Shown here: piece after piece, positions 28,747 through 37,098 of the stretch
Numbering within the stretch: the stretch's first letter is position 1
Layout of the letters: the number at the start of each line of letters is the position of its first letter
From: Candidatus Versatilivorator sp.
GTDB taxonomy: Bacteria > Acidobacteriota > Terriglobia > Versatilivoradales > Versatilivoraceae
Length of the DNA stretch: 64,000 nt
Direction of reading: 5' to 3'
Assembly (NCBI GenBank): GCA_965207735.1
Contig: OZ242296.1
Location: 2,144,001 to 2,208,000, forward strand
Position numbers and translations under genes: made by a program
Notes under the pieces: model-generated
Databases searched by the model: none
Told to the model about the DNA's origin: nothing
Seen by the model: the letters and a program-made list of their open reading frames with translations, nothing else

Positions 28747-28953
28747 GCCCGCTCCCGGAAGACCGCTGGAGACAACCCGTCGGTCCGCTCACCGCCTGAA
28801 AATGCCGATCAATATACCAAAAAATGCTGCCGCCGCCGCAACAGCCCTATAAAATCCAGTGATGTCTAGAGCCGTCCAGTAGAGTCTATAACTGTCTTAT
28901 TTATGAGTGTCTTACATAAGTCCTGCCGTGGCTTGTCTTGCTACCAACATCCC

Positions 28954-28982
28954 TTGCAATCCACTGTCATCCCCCATATAAT
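28954..28982 (+). promoter_or_regulatory. sigma70-type promoter of the second integrase (leaderless-type)
   Basis: TTGCAA-17 bp-TATAAT, with ATG 6 nt downstream. Confidence 0.7.
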
Positions 28983-28988
28983 GGGGGG

Positions 28989-30212
28989 ATGGATACTGTA
29001 ACGGACTTCGCACCTGCCCGACCCAAGACGAAACCCACCGGCTGCCACCCCAGCAACGCCCTTTCGGCCGCCTTCCTACGCTCCGCTCCGCCCGGAAGAT
29101 ACGCCGATGGAAACGGATTGTACCTCTTCGTCCAGCCCAGCGGAACCCGCAGTTGGATTCAACGCCTCGTCGTCCGTGGCCGTCGCCGGGAGTTCGGTCT
29201 CGGCAGCGTTGCCCTGGTCTCCCTGGCCGAGGCCAGGGAGAAGGCCCTGGCTAACCGCAAGCTCGCCCGCCAGGGCGGAGACCCTCTTGCCGAGAAGCGC
29301 CGCGCCGAGGGCATCCCCTCCTTTGCGGAAGCCGCCTCACGTGTGCTGGAACAGAAGCGGGACGGATGGCGAGGCCGGCGTCACCACCGCGAGTGGATGT
29401 CGAGCCTGAGGCGGTACGCTTTCCCCCGCATCGGCAAGATGCCGGTCTCAGAGGTCACCAGCGCCGACCTGCTTGAGATCCTCACCCCTATCTGGCACCG
29501 GAAGGCCTCCAGCGCGCGGCGGGTGCGCCAGCGCCTGCGGGCGGTCCTGGAATGGGCCGTAGCCATGGAGTACAGGATCGACAACCCCTGCGACAGGATC
29601 GGCCCGGTCCTGGGTCCCCAACAGGACGTTACCGAGCATATGCGGGCCTTGCCCCATCGGGAGGTGGCCGCGGCCATCCGGACGGTGCAGGCAGCGACGG
29701 CGCCGGAGGTGGCCAAGCTGGCCTTCGAGTACCTGGTTCTGACGGCAGCCAGGTGGAGCGAGGTGCGCTGGGCCGAGTGGGCGGAGATCGATCGGGACGC
29801 AGGTGTATGGACCGTCCCGGCCAGGCGGATGAAGGCCAACCGCCGGCACCCGGTGCCGCTCTGTGGACGTGCCCTGGAGATTCTCGAGGCGGCACGGACC
29901 CTGGGCGAGGGAGCCGGTACTCTGGTGTTCACCCGTGGGGAAGGGAAGCCGCTCAGTGACAAGGAGCTGCGGTGGCTGGTCCGCGAGCAGGGGATTGCAG
30001 CGGTGCCGCACGGGTTCCGCTCCAGTTTCCGGGACTGGGCGGCCGAAGAGACCGATCATCCCCGGGAGGTGATCGAGGCGGCCCTGGCGCATGTGGTTCG
30101 GAACCGGGTCGAGGCGGCCTATGCCCGCTCCGACCTGTTCGAGCGCCGGCGTCGGCTCATGGATGACTGGGCCGGCTACCTGGCCGGCCCGAGCCGAGGG
30201 CCGCAGGCCTAA
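28989..30212 (+). CDS. P4-like tyrosine integrase with arm-binding domain
   Basis: YADGNGLYLFVQPSG...GLGS...VSLAEARE; TAARWSE, PHGFRSSFRDW, ALAH, AAYARSD. Confidence 0.93.
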   Translation: MDTVTDFAPARPKTKPTGCHPSNALSAAFLRSAPPGRYADGNGLYLFVQPSGTRSWIQRLVVRGRRREFGLGSVALVSLAEAREKALANRKLARQGGDPLAEKRRAEGIPSFAEAASRVLEQKRDGWRGRRHHREWMSSLRRYAFPRIGKMPVSEVTSADLLEILTPIWHRKASSARRVRQRLRAVLEWAVAMEYRIDNPCDRIGPVLGPQQDVTEHMRALPHREVAAAIRTVQAATAPEVAKLAFEYLVLTAARWSEVRWAEWAEIDRDAGVWTVPARRMKANRRHPVPLCGRALEILEAARTLGEGAGTLVFTRGEGKPLSDKELRWLVREQGIAAVPHGFRSSFRDWAAEETDHPREVIEAALAHVVRNRVEAAYARSDLFERRRRLMDDWAGYLAGPSRGPQA

Positions 30213-30278
30213 GCAGAGCTCGATGGCCGTGCGGGGCGGGGACAGCGGGGCCGGCGGCGCACCGCGTAGTGCCGGGGA

Positions 30279-30340
30279 GCCAGCCTACCCAATGTAATAC
30301 ATTGGGGCTGGCGAGGGGCTCCGGCCCCTTCGAACCCCCG
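30279..30340. other. oriT-like hairpin
   Basis: GCCAGCC-TA-CCCAATGTA-A-TACATTGGG-GCTGGC, followed by GGGGCTCCGGCCCC..GAACCCCC. Confidence 0.4.
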
Positions 30341-30416
30341 ACCGGGGAGAGCTCTCCCCTGGCCCCTCCATCACCCCCGCCGCTCCCTTCTCCCTCTCCC
30401 ATGACGGAGGCCTCGA

Positions 30417-30697
30417 TGGCGCGAGTAGCGACAGCGAACGAGCGTGTGTGGAGCATCCCGGCCCCGCGCACGAAGGGGAATCGCGAGCACCGGGTCCCGC
30501 TGTGCCGTCGCGCCCTGGAGATTCTGGAGGAGGCGCGAGGTGGCGGAGGCTGCGCTGGCGCACAAGGTCCGCAACAGATCGAGGCGGCCTACCGGCGCCC
30601 GGACCTGTTCGAGCGTCCCCGCCGGCTCATGGAGGACTGGGCCGCCTACCTGGCCGGCGGAAGTCGAGGGCCGGACCGGCCGGTTGATCGGCCCTGA
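30417..30697 (+). pseudogene. degenerate 3' fragment of a paralogous integrase
   Basis: VWSIPAPRTKGNREHRVPLCRRALEILEEAR, then (frameshifted) EVAEAALAHKVRN..IEAAYRRPDLFER..RLMEDWAAYLAG; the HGFR segment is deleted. Confidence 0.85.
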
Positions 30698-30714
30698 CCT
30701 CGGCAGCGCTCGAT

Positions 30715-31170
30715 GGCCTTCCCGCCAGGGATCACTGTGGAGGGAGCGACCCCCGCACGGGGGAGGCAAAGGGTGTCCGGATCCCTGTCCACCTTTGCCC
30801 TCCCCCGTGGCGCACCAGCGGCCAAAAAGGGGGGGTCGCTCCCTCCACCAGCACCCCTCTCGTGCGGCGCGCGGGCGTGCCGGGCGAGGGGGGACACGCG
30901 AGGCGCAGCCTCGCTTCGCTTCTCCGCAATGGTCGCGGGGAATCCGTGTCGTCCCGCGTCTGGTGCGGCGTTTCGTGAAAGTCGCCAACCACAACGGCGA
31001 GGGGCTCCGCCCTCCGAGAAGAGGCGTTGTGCGGATCAAGATCATGTCCCCCTTTGATGTCACCCCCCCCTTCTGAAAGGGTGACACCCATCTGACGGCA
31101 TCTGCTTGACCCCCAGCGGTGGAAATCGTCGATCATTCCAGGGTCATTGGGTGAGCCTGTTTCTTGCTCC
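30715..31170 (+). repeat. left copy of a ~460-bp diverged, structured inverted repeat
   Basis: Aligns by eye in blocks to the reverse complement of 32341-32810 (e.g. GGCCTTCCCGCCAGGGATCACTGT, GCACCAGCGGC, TCTGAAAGG, CTTGACCCC, GGAAATCGTCGATCAT). Confidence 0.85.
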
Positions 31171-31396
31171 GATTCATCCCCACGCCTGCAGGGAACAGGA
31201 CCCTGACCAGTATTCCGAATGGCTGAAGACGGACCATCCTTTACGTCTCTCGCGGAAATGTCGCTGTCCGCATGAACCGTGCCATCACTTTGCTCAAGCG
31301 CCGCATTGATGCACGCACTCAATCCGTTTCGCCCAAAGGCTCCAGACAGTCCTGAACAGTCCCATCTGAAAAAAATTGTCGGTACTGAGGGAAAAT

Positions 31397-31603
31397 ATGA
31401 AGCGCTGCGACCCAGGATCAGGCGGGGAATCTTGCAGGGCTGGATGCAAGATAGCTAAAGAGATCTGCCTAATACGGGCAGGCAAAGCCTATTGCGCAGA
31501 CAAGAGTGATTGTTGCTGGTATAAGAACCCGGGACGGCCCCATCCGGGCTCGTGGCCCTGCTACTACTACGACAACAATTGCCCCGCTGCTTGTTGTGCC
31601 TGA
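31397..31603 (+). CDS. 68-aa cysteine-rich peptide (11 Cys), function unknown
   Basis: GAGGG RBS and ATG 31397; lower-GC segment; MKRCD...CC...CPAACCA. Confidence 0.55.
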   Translation: MKRCDPGSGGESCRAGCKIAKEICLIRAGKAYCADKSDCCWYKNPGRPHPGSWPCYYYDNNCPAACCA

Positions 31604-31632
31604 AAGCCCCATGGAGCAATAGGAGGGGACAC

Positions 31633-31884
31633 ATGACACGTTTCTTCGCCGGAGTAGGGATTGGCGCATTCGTTGTTTTGTTGCTGGTTTCTCTCTGGTT
31701 TCTCCATTGGAGTCTAGTATCTAACCCCGAAGATGAGCTATTCAGTCAAGTTCTGATTCAATGGGTGCTGTTTCTGATCCCCGAGGTGATTCTGCTACTC
31801 CTGCTTTGGCGGGTGTGGAAGGCTCTTGTCGGGATCCAGCTCGAGTTGGGGAAGATTCGTCGCGGCGTGGATGATCGGGAGTAA
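31633..31884 (+). CDS. small two-TM membrane protein
   Basis: Strong AGGAGG RBS; two hydrophobic helices followed by a basic amphipathic tail. Confidence 0.7.
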   Translation: MTRFFAGVGIGAFVVLLLVSLWFLHWSLVSNPEDELFSQVLIQWVLFLIPEVILLLLLWRVWKALVGIQLELGKIRRGVDDRE

Positions 31885-31906
31885 GGGCATATCCTATGAA
31901 CGCTAC

Positions 31907-32602
31907 ATGATTACCGGAATAGTCGTTGACGTCGCCGTTGCCCTGCTGTGGGGCATCATCTCAGCCCTGAACCACCGGTATGACGCCCCGGAGCGGCCCT
32001 GGTCGCCACCCCAGCAAGACGACCAGGGAGGGTGCTGGACTGGCACCCCCGGGAAAAAACAGATTTCCCTGGCTCTTCGTGGCCGTATCGGGACGGTTAG
32101 CCCGGACCGAATGGCGACCACGGGACCGCTGAGCGAGCCGACCCGTCCGGTTTCCCCACAGGCGGCGAGACCTGCGGTCCCTGAGATGGAAATCCGTCCA
32201 GGAGGCGTTTCCGGGTGCTCTGCTATGCCAGGGAGTGAGAAAGTCCAGCCTGCCCCCCGCAAAGCTCGCGGATTCAGGGGTCAGGACACGATCGAACGCC
32301 ATGGCGGCCTCGGTGTCGTCATGGAGAAGATCGACCAATGGGAGCAGGAAGACCCGGCCTCCAACGGCCGCGACATGATCGACGATTTCCGCCTCCCGGG
32401 GTCAAGGACGTGGCGTCGTATGGGTGGCCACCTTTCAGACGGGGGGTGGCTCACACAGGTGGCGCACCAAGTGGCTCACGCTTTGGACCACCCCAACGCT
32501 CCACTCTCAGAGGGCGAAGCCCTCGCCGCCGTGGTCCAGGCTGTTCCCGGAAACCCGCATTGGACGCGGGTTGGCACGGATTTCCCAAATCCTATGGGGT
32601 AA
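31907..32602 (+). CDS. possible hypothetical protein with an N-terminal hydrophobic segment; reads into the right inverted repeat
   Basis: MITGIVVDVAVALLWGIISAL...; weak RBS; may be a chimeric remnant. Confidence 0.25.
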   Translation: MITGIVVDVAVALLWGIISALNHRYDAPERPWSPPQQDDQGGCWTGTPGKKQISLALRGRIGTVSPDRMATTGPLSEPTRPVSPQAARPAVPEMEIRPGGVSGCSAMPGSEKVQPAPRKARGFRGQDTIERHGGLGVVMEKIDQWEQEDPASNGRDMIDDFRLPGSRTWRRMGGHLSDGGWLTQVAHQVAHALDHPNAPLSEGEALAAVVQAVPGNPHWTRVGTDFPNPMG

Positions 32603-32810
32603 AGCCCCGTGGGGCGTCGGCATCGCGTGTCCGCCCCCTCGCCCGGCGCGTCGTGGGGCCGCACAGGAGGGGGGGAAGTGGAGGGAGCGACCCCCCTCCT
32701 TTTGCCGCTGGTGCAGCACCGGGGAGTGTTCACCGGCGCGTACAGTGGCGCGCGGTGAACACTCCCCTGCGGGGGTCGCTCCCTCAACAGTGATCCCTGG
32801 CGGGAAGGCC
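32341..32810 (-). repeat. right copy of the ~460-bp structured inverted repeat
   Basis: See the left copy; same outer stem GGAGGGAGCGACCCCC/GGGGGTCGCTCCCTC, different inner stem. Confidence 0.85.
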
Positions 32811-33055
32811 TCCAGCGCCTCCTCACCGAGCGGCACCTCAACGTCGGCTCCCGGCTGCGCGCCCTCGTCGATGAGGCCCTCGAAGAACAGAAGACCACAG
32901 ATGGCCAGAGGCCGAGAAGGACAAGGCTGGAGGATGCTCACAACCCGATATCTCCGATCCGAAGCACGGACAGCCTACCACCCCGCTCGACGGTCTCCGA
33001 CGCAGAGTCTCGGGGGTTGAACATCGTAAGACCTGTCCACCAACGTCCTGAATAG
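32810..33055 (+). pseudogene. start-less fragment resembling a ribbon-helix-helix protein
   Basis: LQRLLTERHLNVGSRLRALVDEALEEQ begins exactly at the repeat boundary; high-GC3 codons. Confidence 0.35.
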
Positions 33056-33153
33056 TCCAGTGGATTCCCGTTCAAATAGAGGGATATAATGAGGGGATTA
33101 CAACAGGGCTAACCACAGTAAGTCTAATATAATGAACAGTTACAAGTTTTCTG

Positions 33154-33250
33154 ATGTAGTCGCCGCCTACGCGGCTCGACACCCATACGCGACGTTTCCC
33201 ATGGGCTGACGCCCACGGCTAAGTGCTGCCGCGGCCTACTCGGCTCCACT
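33154..33250. repeat. REP-like family B element
   Basis: GTCGCCGCCTACGCGGCTCGAC...CCATGGGCTGACGCCCACGGCTAAGTGCTGCCGCGGCC; similar to 42499-42592. Confidence 0.8.
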
Positions 33251-33284
33251 CGATTCTCTGACATTCACTCCCGGGACGCCGCGT

Positions 33285-34385
33285 TTGCCCCCCACCGCAT
33301 CAGCCTTCGCCATTCGGCTCGGCTTCTGCGACTCCCCCTCAAGGGGGGAGTGATACCGGGCACTAACCGGGACCGGCGTTGACACATTGGACCGGGAACA
33401 TGGTTTACATCCCGCCCGGGAAACGGGCAAGACGCCCCATGCAAGCCTCAAGTATCACTCCCCCCTTGAGGGGGAGTCGGAGAGACAAGGGCGCAGCCCG
33501 CAGTCGATCCGGAGGGGGGCAGACTCGGCGTCCCGAAAGTGGCAATCGGCAGTACTCGCAGAGCCACAAAGCGAGACGGACCTGCTTCAACGGCACGCGT
33601 TGCCCCAAAGCCGCGCCGGCGACCGCCCCCCACCGCATCAGCCTTCGCCATTCGGCTCGGCTTCTGCGACTCCCCCTCAAGGGGGGAGTGATATCGGGCA
33701 CTAACCGGGAACGGCGTTTACACTTTAGACCGGGAACATGGTTTACACCCTGCCCGGGAAACGGGCAAGGCGCCCCATGCAAGCCTCAAGTATCACTCCC
33801 CCCTTGAGGGGGAGTCGGAGAGACAAGGGCACAGCCCGCAGTCGATCCGGTGGGGGGCAGACTCGGCGTCCCGTAAAAGCCGATCAGCGGCACTCACAGA
33901 GCCACAAAGCGAGATGGACCTGCTTCAACGGCACGCGTCGCCCCAAAGCCGCGCCGGCGTCTGCCCCCCACCGCATCAGCCTTCGCCATTCGGCTCGACT
34001 TCTGCGACTCCCCCTCAAGGGGGGAGTGATACACGGGCACTAACCGGCAACGGCGTTTACACATTGGACCGGGAACATCGTTTACATCATGCCCGCGAAT
34101 CGGGCAAGGCGCCCCATGCAAGCCTCGAGTATCACTCCCCCTTGAGGGGGAGTCGGAGAGACAAGGGCACAGCCCGCAGTCGATCCGGTGGGGGGCCAAC
34201 GCGGCGTCCCGTAAAAGCCGATCAGCGGCACTCACAGAGCCACAAAGCGAGACGGACCTGCTTCAACGGCACGCGTTGCCCCAAAGCCGCGCCGGCGTCC
34301 GCCCCCCACCGCATCAGCCTTCGCCATTCGGCTCGGCTTCTGCGACTCCCCCTCAAGGGGGAAGTGATACACGGGCACTAACCGG
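33285..34385. repeat. tandem array of family A REP-like composite units, period 338-339 bp (about 3.3 units)
   Basis: ATCACTCCCCC(C)TTGAGGGGGAGTCGGAGAGACAAGGG at 33454, 33792 and 34131; each unit is closed by an inverted copy. Confidence 0.93.
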
Positions 34386-34458
34386 GACGGCACTCCCGGG
34401 AGCGCGGGCGTCCCGCCCGCCTCCTGTCCCGACCAACGCTATCGTCCCTCCCCCGCCG

Positions 34459-36774
34459 CTACCAGGCCAGGCGGAGGCCGCTGGTGATCATCCGGGGGGG
34501 GCCGATGCCCAACACCAAGGTGTTCGAGACCGGAATCCGGCGGTTGAGCAGGTTCTCCACGGCAAGGGTCAGAACCAGGTTGCGGTGCACCCTCTTGGAG
34601 ACCTGAAGGTCCAGCAGAGTGGTGTTGGCCAGCGGCCGGAGGTTGCGGTCGTCGTCAAACTGCAGCCCCAGGAAACGGGCCAGCAGGAAGGCGTTGAGGA
34701 CTCCGGGGCGTGCATAGCTCAGCGAGGCCGTGAGCCGGTGGCGGGGCACCTGGGGCAACCGGTTCGACTCCACCCCGGGGTTCTCCGGAAAGCGGCCGAA
34801 GGTGGAATCGGCCAGCAGGTAGCCTCCTCGCAGCCTCCAGTCCCGGTTCAACCGCAGCGTCAGATCCGCGTCCAGGCCCCGGGCGTTGACACGACCCACG
34901 TTCTGCCGCTGTCGGGTAATGAGCGCGGGGGTGGTCCCCAGGGTGATGTTGGAAATGGCCTGGCTCAGGTCGTTCCAGTAGGCCGTCAGCCGCCCTCTGA
35001 CCCGGGATCCGCCGTACCAGTCCACACCGGCCTCGGCGCCCCTGAGTGTTTCCGGTCGCAGGTTCTCGTTGGCCAGGGTCACCACGTTGCCCACCCGAAA
35101 TCCGCGGTAGAGCTCGTTGAGGGTGGGCGCCCGGAAGCTGCGGTAGACGGCTCCCCTGAAGGTGAGGGCCTCGGTGGCGTGATAGGAGACCCCGCCCCTG
35201 GGACTGAGCATGCCGCCCCCGCGCCGGGAAAACTCGAGGACGGTGGAGGTTCCGGACGGCAGCGGGACCTGATCGCGGGCGGCATCGTGGTTGAACCAAC
35301 CGTCCAGCCGGGCGCCGAGCTGCAGCTGCCAGCGGGATCCCAGGTCCACCAGGTCCTGGAAGTAGACCCCGCCCAGTTGCTGATGGCCACCCAGCACCTG
35401 AAACTGAGCCGGCATCCCCGAGCGGAAACCGGTCTCCCGGCTGTGGCCCCTCACCCATTGCCAATCCACTCCGGAAGTCATCAGGTGGCGCTGTCCCAGC
35501 AGGCCCGTCCACTGCAGGGAACCGCCGGCGCTGCGGGCCGGCACCTGCTGTTCGCGGGTCAGGAACTCCGAGCGCCGGTGGGAAGGAACGGCGGTAAAGC
35601 TGCTGTCGAAGGTCTGGGTCAGGCCGTAGGCGCTGAGCTGCCACTCCCTCCCCCGGTCGTCTTTCCGTCGGTAGAGACCCCGAACCCGGGTCACATCGGT
35701 GGCGTTCGCCCTCAGCGGGGTTCCGTTTCCCCGATCTTCGCCGAAGTGCTCCAACCGCAGCGTCGCCTGCCCCCCTCGGCCGGGTTGGTAGAACGCCGCC
35801 GCCCGGACCGAGTAGGCGCGGGAGTTGGCCGGCAGGTCCACCGGGCCGCGATCCTCCGGAGCCACCACCTGATATCCGCCGGTGCGAAAGAAAGAGCCGG
35901 AAACCAGACCGCTCCAGCGTTCTCCTCCAACCGAGCCCAGCAGGTCGGCCCGGGCCGTTCCCAGAGAGCCGCCCCGGAGGTCCAGCTCGAACCGCGGGAA
36001 CCGGGGCGCCTTGGAAAAGGCCTGGATCACGCCCCCCAGAGCGGAGCTCCCGTAGAGGCTGGAGCCACCCCCGGGGACCACCTCGATGCGTTCCAGGCTG
36101 CTCTTATCCAGCTGGCTCCAATAGACCCATCCTCCAAAGGGATCGTTGAGCGGTGTCCCGTCCCACAACACCAGCGTGCGGCTGACGCCGCTGGGTCCGA
36201 TCCCCCGCAGGGACACCCCCTGGCTGGTGGGATGGGCCACCAGGCTGCTGCTGCGCCGAAAGAGGCTGAAAGACGGAATCCGGCGCAAGAGGTCGTCGAC
36301 GGTGATTGCCGGGGATTGACCCAACTCCGGTTCTCCCAGCACCGTGACGGCCGAGGGAATGTTTCTCAAGGTGCGCGGGGTGCGGGTGGCGGTGACCGTC
36401 AGCGACTGCTCCACCCGCCGGGGAACCAGTGTGAAAGCGGTCTTCCAGTCGCCGAGGGGTTGAACCAGGTCCTCGAAGTCCGGATGACTCAGTCTCAGGG
36501 CCTGGGCCGCCGGAGAAACCGTCTCGAATTGGAAGCCGCCTTGGGGGCCGGTGGCGGTTTGCGCCAGCACACGCCCCTGCGCTGAAACCAGCATTACCCG
36601 GACTCCAACAATGGCCCTGAGGTCGGAATCCACGACCTGGGCGTGAAGGGGCGGCGGGGCGGCTGCTTCCGTGCCGGAATCGCCTTGGCTTTCGGCCAGG
36701 AGGCCGGCCGGGAAAGAGAGAGAAACCAGGAGCAGGGCTGAGGCGAGGCTGCAAGAGGTGGACAATGGAGGCAA
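34459..36774 (-). CDS. TonB-dependent receptor
   Basis: Signal peptide, LTVTATRTP, plug SLRGIG...LERIEVVPGGGSSLYGSSALGGVI, C-terminal aromatic residue (RLAW). Confidence 0.93.
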   Translation of the reverse strand: MPPLSTSCSLASALLLVSLSFPAGLLAESQGDSGTEAAAPPPLHAQVVDSDLRAIVGVRVMLVSAQGRVLAQTATGPQGGFQFETVSPAAQALRLSHPDFEDLVQPLGDWKTAFTLVPRRVEQSLTVTATRTPRTLRNIPSAVTVLGEPELGQSPAITVDDLLRRIPSFSLFRRSSSLVAHPTSQGVSLRGIGPSGVSRTLVLWDGTPLNDPFGGWVYWSQLDKSSLERIEVVPGGGSSLYGSSALGGVIQAFSKAPRFPRFELDLRGGSLGTARADLLGSVGGERWSGLVSGSFFRTGGYQVVAPEDRGPVDLPANSRAYSVRAAAFYQPGRGGQATLRLEHFGEDRGNGTPLRANATDVTRVRGLYRRKDDRGREWQLSAYGLTQTFDSSFTAVPSHRRSEFLTREQQVPARSAGGSLQWTGLLGQRHLMTSGVDWQWVRGHSRETGFRSGMPAQFQVLGGHQQLGGVYFQDLVDLGSRWQLQLGARLDGWFNHDAARDQVPLPSGTSTVLEFSRRGGGMLSPRGGVSYHATEALTFRGAVYRSFRAPTLNELYRGFRVGNVVTLANENLRPETLRGAEAGVDWYGGSRVRGRLTAYWNDLSQAISNITLGTTPALITRQRQNVGRVNARGLDADLTLRLNRDWRLRGGYLLADSTFGRFPENPGVESNRLPQVPRHRLTASLSYARPGVLNAFLLARFLGLQFDDDRNLRPLANTTLLDLQVSKRVHRNLVLTLAVENLLNRRIPVSNTLVLGIGPPRMITSGLRLAW

Positions 36775-36847
36775 CCGTTACGGTCTTGCCGGGATGACCG
36801 GCTCCCGGGGCGGGTGGCCGCCCAGGCGGGACGGCGAGGGGACAGCC

Positions 36848-37093
36848 TTATTTCAATGAGGACAACTGCTCGTTGATGGCGGCCAGAGACGTTCCCAGCA
36901 GGTCCCTGTATCGGTCGTTGGCAGTGGCGTGCATTTCATTCAGGATGCGTGTCTTGGCCAACAGGAGGGAGTGGCGTTCTCGCGAGATTTCTCCAGCGGC
37001 TGTTCTCGAGGCTGCCTTGCCCTTCCGGAATTCGTCCCTGGCCTCTTCAATCTGAGCCTCAACCGCCTTGCTCTCCCATCCTCTAGCCATCAT
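36848..37093 (-). CDS. small hypothetical protein (MARGWESK type)
   Basis: GAGGA RBS; helical sequence recognised as a family seen in Acidobacteria. Confidence 0.7.
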   Translation of the reverse strand: MMARGWESKAVEAQIEEARDEFRKGKAASRTAAGEISRERHSLLLAKTRILNEMHATANDRYRDLLGTSLAAINEQLSSLK

Positions 37094-37098
37094 TTTCC

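Larger units (their letters stand above)
28831..33167. mobile_element. small integrase-encoding island inserted into a REP-like element
   Basis: Direct repeat ATGnnGnCGCCGCC at 28824-28837 and 33154-33167; AT-rich att-like arms inside both ends; integrase next to the left end; flanks rejoin into a family B REP. Confidence 0.7.

Noticed and set aside
30732-31322. 196-aa ORF as a gene, given its similarity to the end of ORF 31826-32602
   Set aside because: The similarity is confined to the DNA inverted repeat and fits nucleotide/structure conservation; there is no convincing start. Not fully excluded.
33285-34385. CRISPR array interpretation of the palindromic repeats (also 57910-58778)
   Set aside because: The period is ~339 bp, the intervening sequence is itself repeated rather than unique, the repeats alternate in orientation, and there are no cas genes.
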